From Lama glama (lineage: Eukaryota): 64,000 bases of DNA. Position numbers and translations under genes: made by a program. Shown in pieces: positions 25,683-38,439 of this stretch. Where the stretch lies: assembly GCA_028534125.1 (NCBI GenBank), contig CM052816.1, forward strand, positions 71,798,001 to 71,862,000, read 5' to 3'. Below the pieces are notes generated by a model that was given only the letters and a program-made list of their open reading frames with translations, made no database searches and was not told the DNA's origin. Numbering within the stretch: the first letter of the stretch is position 1; every line of letters starts with the position of its first letter.

Positions 25683-25875
25683 ACAGGCTCAGGACTCAGA
25701 CATTTTTATGTTCAAACCTCAGCTTTCGTTCTTATTAGCAATGTGACCTCAGTAAATTACACTAGTCTCTAGGTTCCGTTCCCTTATTTGTACCATGAAG
25801 CTGCGGGATTGTTGAAGATTAAATGACTTTCTTAAAATAGTTAATATGCAGTGCATATGTTTTTTGGTAAAGTTA
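25683..25875 (+). mobile_element. MIR SINE
   Basis: gttcaaacctcagct..tgtgacctcagtaaattac..ttgttgaagattaaatga. Confidence 0.75.
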
Positions 25876-26931
25876 ATCAGTATGTCATTGAAATCTGGAA
25901 TTAACCTATTGGTGCTAATTTCTCCTGCATCACGTGGACACAGGTGTGCTTCTGACACATATACAGACACTCAACATCCACAAACACTCTCCAGTGTGCC
26001 AAAACCAATAAGTGCAGGGTCTCGTGAAACCCTACTCCCCACCCTCACATTCATGTGCATTTATAGCATTTCAGCCCGTTAAGACAGCTACATTTTATTC
26101 TTTTCTCCCTTTCTTAATGCTAAGAGACAACAGCACATTCAATACTGGTGGTTGCCTTCTGGTGTAATCTCAAAACCAAATGTTAACTTGAGAAATTGTT
26201 ACAGAGGTTGAAGTAACAGACGTCTATAATCCGTTTTAGGGATGAATAGGAGGATACCCAGGAGCTTTTTTTTATTCCTGAAGATGAAAATGTTTCATTG
26301 ACTACCATCTTTCTCTTTCATATAGCTAGGGTCACCTGGGTGTCCTGAACAGTGGAGAAATAAGAATAAAAAGTAATTGTGAGATTATATCATCCGTCTT
26401 CTAGCTTTCATTCTAGTATTTCATCTCTCTTTGGCTTAAAGAGAATTTGCTTATCTTCATTGTTCAGTTTAGCAAGTCATATATCGTCTCCTATTTCTAG
26501 CTACCATGCCAAACTGAAAAGTGCTGGATATAGCAACAGAAATGTTCATACAGCGTTGTCAAACAATGTTTAAATGTTGAATTCAAGCATAAAATCACAC
26601 AACCCACTGATCTGGCATTCTGCACCTTGGAAAAAACAGTTGACTTGATTTTTTCACTTTCCTCTGGACCATGACATATTGTGAACATTTCTTGATATTG
26701 GAATTGACTACAGCCAAATGACTCACAAAAAATCTTCTCATGAATTTTCTAGACAAATTTTGGAAACTTAAGATGAATAAATATTTGCATGCATGTTTAA
26801 AATCCAGAAAATTTGGTAAAGAAGTAGTTTATTTGAACTCAAACTGCATAATTGGCTTAGAGACATTCACATATGCCCCATTCTGTGGACATTTCAAGTG
26901 TGTTTGAAAATCCCATTGAAAGGAAAGGGAG

Positions 26932-27096
26932 TGGGGAGGGTATAGCTCAAGTGGTAGAGCGCATGCTTAACATGCATGAGGTCCTGGGTTCAATCTCCAG
27001 TACCTCCTCTACAAATAAATAAATAAGTAAACCTAATTACCTCCCTCTCCTTGAAAAAAAATTTTACATAAAAAATTAAATTAAAAAAAAAAGAAT
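26932..27096 (+). mobile_element. tRNA-Ala-derived camelid SINE (Vic-1 type)
   Basis: Head GGGGAGGGTATAGCTCAAGTGGTAGAGCGCATGCTTAACATGCATGAGGTCCTGGGTTCAATC with Pol III A and B boxes; aaacctaattacc segment; A-rich tail; perfect 13-bp TSD AAAGGAAAGGGAG at 26919-26931 and 27097-27109. Confidence 0.92.
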
Positions 27097-27662
27097 AAAG
27101 GAAAGGGAGGTCTGCAGGAGCAGGTCCCAGGTGGGAAGTGATAGTTTCTTCCAAAGCACATTTGAATTTCAGGAGACAACCATTGTGTTGGACAGAACGC
27201 AAGGCTAAAATTGTGTTCACTATGGTGTGAAAGTCATCAGTTTCCTTGTATCTGAGTTTTTTCCTAATAATGATCCGTATATGAGAGATGGTAAACAATG
27301 AATAATATTCCTAAAGCACTATAGATTTACTATTGTTTATGATCTGTTTTCAAATTTATTTTGAGTATTTTTTTTGAGGATCTTAGTTGCTGAATAATAG
27401 ATCTCCAAAATTATTCTTTAGTCCTTTGGTTTAGTGAGCTATGTATTCAGTTTGCATTCTCAAATATTATATATGTGTAATATTTATATAAGTTACATAG
27501 ACTGTATAATTTATATATTATGTATATAAATATTATATATGTACATATGTAGAATTATAGTTATGGCTACTAGTTATTGTTTTGGTTTTTCTAAATGGTT
27601 TTATTTTTTTTTCAACATTTCCTTAAATAAGGTATTTTCAAAAGGTTATGTGTATGATTTTT

Positions 27663-27945
27663 TTAACATTTTTTTATTTATTTATAATCATTTTACAATG
27701 TTATGTCAAATTCCAGTGTAGAGCACAATTTTTCAATTATACATGAATATATATATATATATTCATTGTCACATTCCTTTCTCTGTGAGCTACCATAAGA
27801 TCTTGTATATATTTCCCTGTGCTATACAGTATAATCTTGTTTATCTGTTCTACAATTTTGAAATCCCAGTCTATCTCTTCCCACCTCCAACCCCCTTGGC
27901 AACCACAAGTCTGTATTCTGTGGTTATGAGTCTATTTCTGTGCTG
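27663..27945 (-). mobile_element. Young L1 3' UTR fragment
   Basis: Reverse L1 3' end; perfect 15-bp TSD ATGTGTATGATTTTT at 27648-27662 and 27946-27960, ending in an endonuclease-type TTTT/A site. Confidence 0.92.
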
Positions 27946-28559
27946 ATGTGTATGATTTTTATTGCTAACTGAGAATACAAAATGAATATTCTGAAATCCA
28001 TCCTACTATAAAGTGAGCTACTAAAAAAAGTATACTGGACAATTAAATTTTAATAGCTATTCCTTTGGTATATAATAATGCATTTATTACATGGGATTAT
28101 TACAGATTCCATTATTTCAAAGGCAATATTATATGTTTAAAATTTGTAAAAATAATTTAGATAGTAAAGTCCTGATAAAAAGATAAATTTCTATAATGAA
28201 ACTAACTTTCTATATTTCTTTTCTTCTAAAATGCTTTTAAAGCATATATTGTTGGGCTCTGGGATTTTGTATCAAAGATGTCCTTAGGTGTTCTTGAATT
28301 CCACAGTGCCAATGTCCTTAAAAGATGAAGTCTCAAATATTTTAATATTAAAATGTTGAGATACAAAATGCAAGCAGTTAAATAATTCATGTAGAAGATT
28401 GTGAAACTAGGTAAATTTCACTGCCAATTTTTTTCTTCAAAATTCTATGAAAGGATATAAAAGTGGCTAAAGACATATTCTTGTACCTCAGTGCTGCTGT
28501 TTTTTAATGTAACAAAGCCAAGCCATTTTTTCTCATTGTTTATGTGATTCTAGACTTTT

Positions 28560-29694
28560 TAAAAAATTGATGTATTGTTGATTTACATGTTGTGTTAGTT
28601 TCAGATATCCAGCAAGGTGACTCAGTTATCTATATACATGTATATATCTATTCTTTTTCAAATTCTTTTCTGTTATAGTTATTACAAGATACTGAATATA
28701 TTTCCCCTGTTTCTTATCTATTACATATATTGTAGTATGTATATGTTAATCCCAAATTCCTAATTTATTCCTCCCCTGCCCCTTTCCTCTTTGGTAACTA
28801 GAAGTTGTTTTCCAGGTCTGTGAGTCTGTTTCTGTTTTATAAATAAGTTCATTTGTGTTATTTTTTTCAGATTCCACATATGAGTGATATCGGATGATAT
28901 TTGTCTTTCTCTGTCTGACTTACTTCACTTAGTATGATAATCTCTAGGTCCATTCATGTTGCTACAGATGGTGTTACTTCATTCTTTTTTATGACTGAGT
29001 AATATTCACATATATATATACATACATATGTACACTATACCTTCTTTATCCATTCATCTGTTGATGGACCCTTAGGTTGCTTCTATGTCTTGGCTGTTGT
29101 AGTCAGTGCTGCTGTAAACATTGGGGTGCATGTATCATTTGAATTAGTTTTCATCTTTTCCAAATATATGCCCAGGAGTGGGATTGCTGGATTATATGGT
29201 AACTCTATTTTTAGTTTTTTAGGAACCTCCATACTGTTCCCATCATGGCCGCACCAATTTACATTCCTATCAACAGTGTAGGAGGGTTCCCTTTTTTCCA
29301 CACCCTCTCCAGCACTTATTATTTGTAGACTTTTTGATGGTGGCCATTTGGGCTGGTGTGAGATGATACGTCGTAGTTTTGATTTGCATTATTCTAACGA
29401 TTATCAATGTCGAGCATCTTTTCATGTGCATATTGGCCATCTGCATGTCTTCTTTGGAGAAATGTCTATTTAGGTCTTCTGCCTATTTTTTGATTAGGCT
29501 GTTTGTTTGTTTGTTTTGATATTGAGCTGTATGAGCTGTTTGTATATTTTGAAAAATAAGCCATTGTCAATCGCATTAGTTGCAAATGTGTTCTCCCATT
29601 CTATAAGCTGTTTTTTTCATTTTGTTTATGGTTTCCTTTGCTGTGCAAAAGCTTATGAATTTGATTAGGTCCCATTTATTTATCTTTGCTTTTG
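28560..29694 (-). mobile_element. 5'-truncated L1 (ORF2 C-terminus plus 3' UTR)
   Basis: [38 protein letters not shown] is L1 ORF2; TSD TCTAGACTTTT at 28549-28559 and 29695-29705; closely related to 16287-17396. Confidence 0.95.
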
Positions 29695-30299
29695 TCTAGA
29701 CTTTTATAAGTTCAATTGTTATTCCTTCTTTACAGAATATTGATAAGTTGCTCTAATATGTATAGAGAGAGAATTGTGCAGATAGGTCAAAATTATGAAA
29801 TTTATGAAATAATTATATGAAGAAAAATATGATATGAAAATAAACATGAGTCCTTGACTTTGAGAAATATATCTTTGTGTTTTCGTTGCTCATAAATTAT
29901 TATAAAAATGACAAGCATTTGACAATGATATACACTGCTCAGAGGCCAAAGAAATTTGGAAGCACCAGAATACAAGCAGTATGAACAGATTTAATATATT
30001 TAATGATTTCATCTAGAATGTAAAAGTTTCAAATAATGTAGCTTCACTGAGCCTCATTCATGTGAACTGGTATATTTTGAGTGTCAGAAATGTTTGGGAG
30101 ACCAAAAATTTTTAATTCAACATTTGTTCATTCTGAGAAATGCAGTTCTTTAAAAAAAAAAAAAGGTAGAACAAAGCTAATTGTCATTTTCATCTCTTGT
30201 TTATGTTTTTCCTTTTGAATTTCCAGTTCTCAAGTTCAGGGACCCTCTATCGGTTTGGTGGAGAGTTTGAACATACACCTAATTAAAAAAAAATAAAAC

Positions 30300-31200
30300 T
30301 CAGCAACACCAGAAAAGCACTGTCACCAAACAATAAATAACGCTTCCCTCTAAAATATCACTTAAAGATGAATCCATTCCGGGAGTTGAAAGGTGGCAGC
30401 GCACCTGCGGCACAAACCTTAAATGAAAAAATAAAGACAACTGGGTTGTAGGGTGCCTTTCCTCTTCAAAACAAAATTCTTTACAACGTACAAGACAAAC
30501 GGCACAAAAGTGAAAGGGCAGTGATGCAGATTGGATAGGCTTACAGCGTAATTGAATTAAGGCTTGTGTGCCACGTATGACCACAAAGCAGGCCCATAGC
30601 TCGGGCCTGCTGAATGGAGGTGGCTGGCCTGACAATAAAGACCCTTTAAACTGGTTAAATGCATCATAAGCGTGTGCAGAGAGCTTTCTAGCTAACAGGT
30701 GGCTCAGTAAACCTCAGCTGGTGCCACACAGGGCTGTCACATTGACCTTCTTTAGGATAATTTCAGCCCTCTTTTTAAAAAAAATTTGTTACTGTACTTG
30801 CTGTGGTGGAAACAATTTAGGGATGAATAATTTCTTTTGGTCCCTAGTGGCGCCGGTGGCTCTCTCCCCCTCTCCTTTTTTTCTTGCACTCTCTCTCTCC
30901 CCCCCCCTTTTTCTCGGTTTTGAAACTGAATTAACATAAAGGAACAGTGACAACGGCAAGCTGAAAAGCATAGCTGGTGGGAGGATTAAGTATATCATTG
31001 AAAGGAATTATGTTGTAAATGACTGGGAGGGGTCGGGGCTTCTGTTCCTTGGTCCCATCTGGTCCTTAAAGAATACCTTGTTGTAATTACCCCCAGATGG
31101 TTTGTGCTCACTGGGGTCTGGACAGCCAGGTGCCACTGTGCCCTGCTGGGTGTGATATTCATTGCTACATGCAGTGACAAAAATGGACTTTATTGAAACC
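30300..31200. promoter_or_regulatory. Strongest candidate conserved developmental enhancer in the window
   Basis: Repeat-free, GC and CpG enriched relative to very AT-rich flanks; TAATTGAATTA, E-boxes (CACCTG, CAGGTG, CAGCTG), RUNX-like ACCACA, TGACA/TGTCA sites. Confidence 0.55.
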
Positions 31201-33439
31201 TAATTTCTTCCAGGGTATTACACAAATATGAAATGAACCTAGCTCATCGAGAGAGAGCTTTGTTTATTTCTAAGCCGAAAGAGTCTCACCTAAGATAAGG
31301 CTGCCTGGTTATTTTACTTTTAACAACTATCCTAAAAGGAAGAAGCAAAAACAATTTCACAATGTGTGCTGGATTTAATTCAGTCTTTTTAAATAATGGA
31401 AGTAGTCAACATCAATGGCAGGTTCTTATTTCTTGCTGTTAGGTAGTTTTAAAATAGTAGCTAGGATTCTCAAGAACAGGTTTTGATCATTTTATTATTG
31501 AAACTAACAGTAAATAAAGTGAATTATAGTATATCCAAGTCTAAACGCATTTTGATGTTATTGAGCAAATACTTATATAACTCAAAATGTAATCACATGT
31601 AATTCACTATAAAATGTACCTCACCACTTTAAGAAACAAGTTTGAACATTTTTGTATTGTACTTTAACATTGATATTATCACAGGGAAAAAAGATGAAAA
31701 CTAAATATTAAAAAAAAGCTGTCTTGATATACACAAAGATGGAATTTTTAAAAATTATACTTATTTTAACTTTTTATCGGGAAATTTCACTTTTAATTTT
31801 TAAATATATTTTTAAAGCAGAAATAACTTGAAAATGAAAAAGTCATAATTGTACAATTCAGTTATATTTAGTTGATTTTATTCTAATTACATTTTCAAAA
31901 AGTCTAATAGTTCTTATTTGATAAATTGCGTAACCGAATTATCTTTAGGTCTGGCTAATTTTAAAAACAAAATATTTACTCATTTCATGTCTTTCTTATT
32001 ATAATTTTGCATGTATTAACATTTTAGCAAAGTTACTCAAATTCATTACTTTAAATCATGCATTTTTCAGTATAGAATTTGGAAATTTTTAATATGAAAA
32101 TCAAACGGGAATTAGAGTGAAGAGCAGGAAATGAACACACTTATTATTCCTTTTTTCCTTTATAATTGTAAATTTTACATGGCATTAAGAAAATATAAAC
32201 AGTTAATATAATATTATAAATGTTAATCTTAATGAGAATATTTTCCTTTAATGTATATGAGCCCCATGTGTTTACTACAAAAGTGTTGACTGAAAAATAA
32301 AATAAAGTACTTCTTGCTGCATATTTAGGAGGGAGCTAAATATATAGACAATAAAATTGAGGGATGTGATTTTAAAGATTGGCAACTTACTTGTTAGAAG
32401 CAATTGCTCTGCAACACTGAACTTTGTCAGCTGAGAATAACGCGCTTCATGTACTTTGTAAATAAAATTTCAAGGTTAAAGTCTTTCTGACTGTAAATAC
32501 AGTCCCAATATTCTGTTCAAACTTTACTGTATTAGGAGGCAACATAATTTTGTTAGTATCTACAATATACATACAATACCTAGGAAGACAGTGAGGTGAG
32601 TGAGGTGAAAGGATTATGGAGGTGGGACCAGAAGACATGAACTTTCGTTCCAGCCAGGCGCTCCGAGTTCTGGGATCCTGGGCCCCCATTAAACTTCATA
32701 AATTTCAGTTTCCTCACCTGCAAGATGACTGTAAAAGAGCCTGATTACTAGATTAGATTTGTGTTTTTCAAAATGCATGCATTTGATGATGTCATGGGAA
32801 ATCCAAGAAAGAGCATGGGGACCACAGTGGTCCAAGTGTTCCTGCTTAGGGCTTGAAAGATGACAGGTTAGATGGAATGGAGAAGAGGAGGAAGACATTT
32901 AAGACTGGGGAGAAACAGTAGTGGGAATTAGGAGTTTTAATTATGACTTAAATGAAATTTTAAAGTATTTTATCAATTGTTTTTTCACTTTTGATGCTTT
33001 TGGTTCATTTCTTTAAATGTTGGACTTTTTAAAAAATTAGGAGATTTCCGAGTTTTTTTTCTTCCATTTTTCTCTAAGTCATGTTTTTACTAAGTGAAAC
33101 ATTTCCATGGAAACTGCTTCCTTGATACTTTAGACATTTAGAAAAGAGAATTTGAGAATATTAATATAGAAGCAAAAGAAACGCCTCTGATTCTTTTCCT
33201 GACATACTTAACACTCAGGTTTCAGGATAAACTGGCTTAAATTTTGGACAATTACTTGTGTGAAATAATGGTTTTGGGCCTTTTTGTTAAAACATTAAAG
33301 GAGGAAGTTACTCTCCAGCAAGTTGGTATACTTCATGAATCGAGTAATAGCAATGTACTGGGAGCATCACCAGAACTTCTTGTTAGAGTTTCAAAATCAT
33401 CAGTTTTCAGTAAGATATTATCTGACATTATCCTTGTAT

Positions 33440-33700
33440 GGAATTCATGAATCTCGGGATTACTTAGGGTCTTTAAGTTCTTCAACTCAAACTTTTTGTC
33501 TCTTACAATGATTTCTGATACATTGTACTTGACAGATGGTCAGCTGGATTTTTTTTTATGCATTTTCAATGGTACAAATCTCTTTATGTTTAGAAAGCAA
33601 CCAGTTTCAATGCAGAGAAACTCCAAAATTGTCCTTGTTTTGAGATGAAATGTGCCTTCTTGTAGTTCAGTTTCTTGCTATCTTAAGAACAATTCTGTAT
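33440..33700 (-). mobile_element. L3/CR1 LINE 3' fragment
   Basis: tcatgaatctcgggattac..gggtctttaag; cttgacagatggtcagc; ttgagatgaaatgtgccttcttgtagttc resemble reverse L3 3' end. Confidence 0.5.
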
Positions 33701-34576
33701 TACAATACGAAGAAACATCATTGCTAACCATGCTCATATTAGACATCTTAGAATGCAATGTTTATTCCAGCCCTTTCCAAATTTCTGAGCACTCCTGTCT
33801 GCCAGTCTGATGTGCCCTCTATTAATCTTCTTTCTGGGATATCCTCTTCTTCCTCTAAAACACTTCTGAGATATGTCTCACTCACATTGAAATTCTTTGA
33901 AATCAGAGACGATTTCTTACTCACTGGTGTATTTCCAATGCCATGGAACAAATATTTGTTGGAAAACTGAGCACAAATATGACATCACTGCCATTCTCAA
34001 GTAATTTTAAAATAATCATTGAGAGCTCCAGTAGGCTATGGAAAAGCATAGCCAACTGAGAGTCAAGAGAATGGTGAGATTATGTCCAGCAAACTATCTT
34101 GAAGAAGTTTTATATTTTCCTTCTTAGCATAGTTCTTGAAGAATGGTTATGATTTCAACATATGGAAATGAGGTCAGAGAGAACATCCCAGGAGAACAAG
34201 ATGGTGAGAGCAAAGGCACAAAGTCAGGAAGAGGTCTCAAGTATGGAGGTAATGGTGAATTCAGACTCTATTCATTAGGGACGGACCATTGAAATGTTTC
34301 ATACATGGGCACTACGTGAGAGCCATGTGACACAAAGAACTAAAGAGAGAGCAGCCCTTAAAAAGTTAATTTTCTCACTGATGAAATACAGCAGCATGTA
34401 AGCCCAGCTCTGCTTGTTGGTGAATCTCTGAGCCTCTGCCCTCATCCCAATTATTACTGAATCAAGTCTTTCAGATGTATGAAGTCAGAAAGCTTACTTT
34501 GTTTTAAACAAATACATTTCCTTCCATATTTGGGTTCCTTTTTCCTAAGAATAATTAAATAATAATAACAAATGAT

Positions 34577-35200
34577 GCATTCACAATAGTCAAAATATGG
34601 AAACAACCCAAGTGTCTGTCAATGGATGAATGGATAAAGATATATATATAGTATGATATGTTAGAAGGTGTGATATGTATGTTTACATACACAGAATACA
34701 ATATGTATGGAATACTATTCAGCCATTAAAAAGAAGGAAATCTTGCCATTTGTGACAACATGGATGGAGCTTCAGGGCATTATGTTTAGTGAGATAAGCC
34801 ACACAGAGGAAGGCAAATATTGTATAATATTATTTATATGAAGAATCTAAAAAAGCCAAACTCATAGAAACAGAAAGTAGGATGGTGGCTACTAGGGGCT
34901 AGGGGTGGGAGGAATTAGGGAGATGTTGTTTCAGGGTACAAGCTAGACGATACATAAGTTCCGGAGATCTAATGCACAGCACAGTGATTACAGTCAACAA
35001 TACTGTATTATAAAACTTCAAAGTTGCCAAGAGACAAGAACTTAAATGTTTTAACTGCAAAAAAGAAATTATAATTCTGGGATGTGATAGAGGTGTTGGC
35101 TTATGCAATCACACAACGTATAAATGTATCAAATCAGGACATTGTACACCTTACACTTATGCAATATTATATGTCAATTGTATCTCAATAAAAAAATTTT
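34577..35200 (+). mobile_element. L1 3' end (late L1MA-like)
   Basis: ttcacaatagtcaaaatatggaaacaacccaagtgtc..gaatactattcagcc..caattgtatctcaataaaaaaa; CAAATGAT on both flanks (34569-34576, 35207-35214). Confidence 0.92.
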
Positions 35201-35888
35201 AAAAGCCAAATGATTCACATAGCTTTCCAGGAAAATTATGCATTTAATGAATTAGCACACCTAACTTGCTACACAAACCACGTGAGGAGGGACTAGAGAG
35301 AGATCAGTGAGAAGAAATGTGCTTTTCTGGATTAAAATGTGAATTTAGACTGACTCTGGCTTCTCTGGATCCTTTGCTAATATACAAAATTTTCTGGAAT
35401 GTCGGAAGTTTTCTTCCAAGCTTGGAGACGAAGATTGTGTGGACGCTAGATCCACAGTGCAGACACGTATTTCCTCCTGATGTGCAGCTCTGTAATACCC
35501 ACTCTAACGCTCTAGTGAGCTACAAAAAAGAAAGCAGAGAAAAAGGAAAACTTTACCTACATAGTTGCCATTGCCTTCTAGCTGGCTTGTCTCAAATTTT
35601 ATCCTCTTCCAGGCCTCCTTTTTTTCCTTGAATTAATTTTTCTAAAATACATATTTTACTTCCCTGTTCCCATCTCATTGCATTAAGTCCAAGCTCTTAA
35701 AAGGGGTTTACAAAGTCCTTTGGGATCTGGCTTCTTCCTGTCTCTTTAACCTTATCTCTTTCAGCTTCCCTTCTCACCCCAGTCTTCAGCAACACTGAAA
35801 ACAATATTGGGCCACCCTGCCTTTGTGCAGGAGTTACCCCCATTTTAAGTCTGATGAGTTCCTGTTCTTGCCTCAAAAAGCAACTGAA

Positions 35889-36351
35889 TGGCATTATTTG
35901 CAGCAACGTGGATGGACATTTTAAGCAAAGATCGTCATTTTAAGCAAAGTAAGCCAGAAAGAGAAAGAAAAATGCCATATGGTAGAAGTTATATGTGGAA
36001 TCTAAAAAAAAAAAAAAAAAAAAAAAAAGATAGAAATAGACTTATTTCCAAAACAGAAACAAACTCACAGACATGAAAAACAAACTTATGGACACCAGCT
36101 GGGGAAGGAGGGTGGAAGGAATAAATTGGGAGTCCGAGATTTGCAGGTACTAACTACTATATATAAAATAGATACACAACAAGTTTATACTGTATAGTTC
36201 AGGGCACTATATTCAATATCTTTTAGTAACCTATAATGAAAAAGAATATGAAAATGAATATGTGTATGTATATGTATGACTGAAACATGCTGTACACCAG
36301 AAATTTATACAACATTGTAGACTGACTGTACTTCAATTAAAAAAAAATTTA
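35889..36351 (+). mobile_element. Young L1 3' fragment with internal A25 tract
   Basis: atttgcagcaacgtggatggac..tgctgtacaccagaaa..cttcaattaaaaaaaa; A-run 36004-36028; flanked by AAAAAGCAACTGAA and AAAAAACAGCTGAA. Confidence 0.92.
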
Positions 36352-36365
36352 AAAAAACAGCTGAA

Positions 36366-36472
36366 GTGCTCATTTCGGTGGCACATAGACTAAAATTAGG
36401 ATCACACGGAGACTATTAGCATGGCCCTAAAACAAAAATGGTGTGCAAATTTGTGAGGCATTCCATGTTTTT
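36366..36472 (+). pseudogene. RNU6: Full-length U6 snRNA retropseudogene (5' part of a U6/L1 chimera)
   Basis: Ungapped 107-nt alignment to the recalled U6 sequence (GTGCTC..TTAGCATGGCCC..TTCCATRTTTTT), about 79/107 identical by hand; ACAGAGA box changed to ACGGAGA; upstream sequence is an L1 tail, not a PSE/TATA promoter. Confidence 0.93.
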
Positions 36473-36742
36473 ATAGTGTATGATTCCCCTTATATGAGGT
36501 GCTTGAAGCAGTCAAGTTCATAGAGACAGAAAGCAGAATGGTGGTTAGGCACAGGAGGTGGCGGGGGTGGGTGGTTCATGTTTAATAGGTGGAGTATCAG
36601 TTTTACAAGATGTAGAGTTTAGTGCAGGGATGGTGGTGATGGTAGCACCACAATGTGAATGTACTTACTGCCACTAAACTGTACACTTAAAATGGAATAA
36701 GATGGCAAATTTTATCTTTTGTGTGTTTTTGCCACGGTTTTA
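36473..36742 (+). mobile_element. L1 3' end (L1MB-like) fused to U6
   Basis: atagtgtatgattccccttatatgaggt..gtcaagttcatagagacagaaagcagaatggtggtt..ctgtacacttaaaatgg begins right after the U6 T-run. Confidence 0.9.
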
Positions 36743-37993
36743 AAAAAACAGCTAATGTTCTAGGCTCCTTTTCTCTGCACACATCCCATTCCCAGGGGGA
36801 GTTTGGCACGTCCATTATTTAATCAGTAGACTGAAATAGTTGCACCCTAAGTAATAATAACCTTGAACAATATTGTGCAACAATGCACCATAACCTTGAA
36901 CTCACTGCTGCTGAATACTCATCAATAACTTGGTTGGACAACACAATTGCGAAGGATCGCCCAAGTGAAATATAGTCCATGTGTTACTACAGATACAAAA
37001 AAAAATCCATCCTTGGAATAAACCACACAGCAGATAGCCACACATCTAGACTGTATGGTTCGTTCTCTTGTAAAACTGCTTTTATTGAATGTGATTTGGT
37101 ATTATGTCATCATTGGCCCATGCTAGGAGCCACTGTAGGAAATAGTCAGCCCATGAAATCCATTTACTGTATAGATGTGTTGAGGTTGGTGTGCTGTTCT
37201 TTTATTAACTATGAGGAAAACCTTTTTAGTTTTGGCACTGGAGGTAGGTTTATTTTTATTTGTAGGTAATATGAATAGTGTAATTGATTATCTTCTCATT
37301 TTTGTCTCCTTTCCAGAAAGCCTAGAGGCCAACCAGTAGGTGGTTCTAGCATTCTCTAAACCTTAACTATACTATTCTGTATGTCTACTTGCTGTTGACT
37401 TCAAATTATCCGTCCAAACTTATTTTTCTCTCTGAATTCAGTTCGTTTCTCATGTTGCCTTTTATCTCATGTTGCTGTGAACCACTTTAAATCCATTCTT
37501 AAATAAATGAGGGGTAAATGAACAATTAACTAATAAATTCAGCCTCTTCTCTAAGTTCCTAATGGATATTGCATATACTTCTATTATTTTTATCACCATT
37601 TATTTGTATTTCATTCCTGCCATTCACAGTGGCCAATACACTCTTTTAATGCATGGTTTATATCTTACTAATATTATTGTTTGCCTCAACACAATTAGAA
37701 TGCCTAGCTAATATTATGTCTATAAGTATGTCCATTAGATTGAACTGGTAACTAAAAGGAAATGAAAAATACAGTAACTTTGGAAAACAGAATATAACTT
37801 ATTAATCTTTTCAACACATGGCATGTCCATTTTTTGCAAGTCAATCATAATTCTGAGGAGTGCTAAAAGTAAAAAGCTGAAAATCCAGATCAACAGCTGA
37901 AAGAATTCCCAGTCTTAAATGAAATCTTGTTTATTCTATTTCTTGTGGCTGTTAACATTTAACCAAGTATTCAACTCAATTCCTTTTCTTTAG

Positions 37994-38372
37994 TGTGTGT
38001 GTGTGTGTGTGGTATAGCAGACTACACGTATAGTAAGACATCATGGGATAGACCTCTCTCTATATATATATATGTGTGTATATACATATATAAAACTAAT
38101 GACAGTATATATTCATTATATGTGTAGATACATATATGCATATGTATTATATATACATAATGCAAATATAATGAATATATGATTTTGTTACATATAAATA
38201 TATAGGCATAGATATTAGTTTTACATATACATATAATATAAAACCATAGGTTTTATGCACATGTACCACATATGTCTATATATATGCAAAAATGCATAGG
38301 TGTATATAAAAACATATGATGGGTATGTGTGTGTGTGTGTGTGTGTACATATATTCACAGTTACTTATATAA
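37994..38372. repeat. (GT)n / (TA)n-rich low-complexity block
   Basis: Two (GT)n runs bracketing degenerate TA/TATG repeats. Confidence 0.85.
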
Positions 38373-38439
38373 ACTCATAGATATATTTATTGCCAAACAG
38401 GTCTTACTTAGTTCTATTAACTGAAATCAAACTCTTTAC

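Noticed and set aside
26933..27008. tRNA-like cloverleaf (also 45832-45906)
   Set aside because: SINE heads: extra leader, shared non-tRNA segment, A tails and TSDs
30838..30857. Possible CTCF site (minus strand CGCCACTAGGGACC)
   Set aside because: Departs from the consensus at the key GGC positions; too weak to call
36366..36472. Functional U6 snRNA gene
   Set aside because: About 28 substitutions including the ACAGAGA box, no upstream promoter, fused to L1
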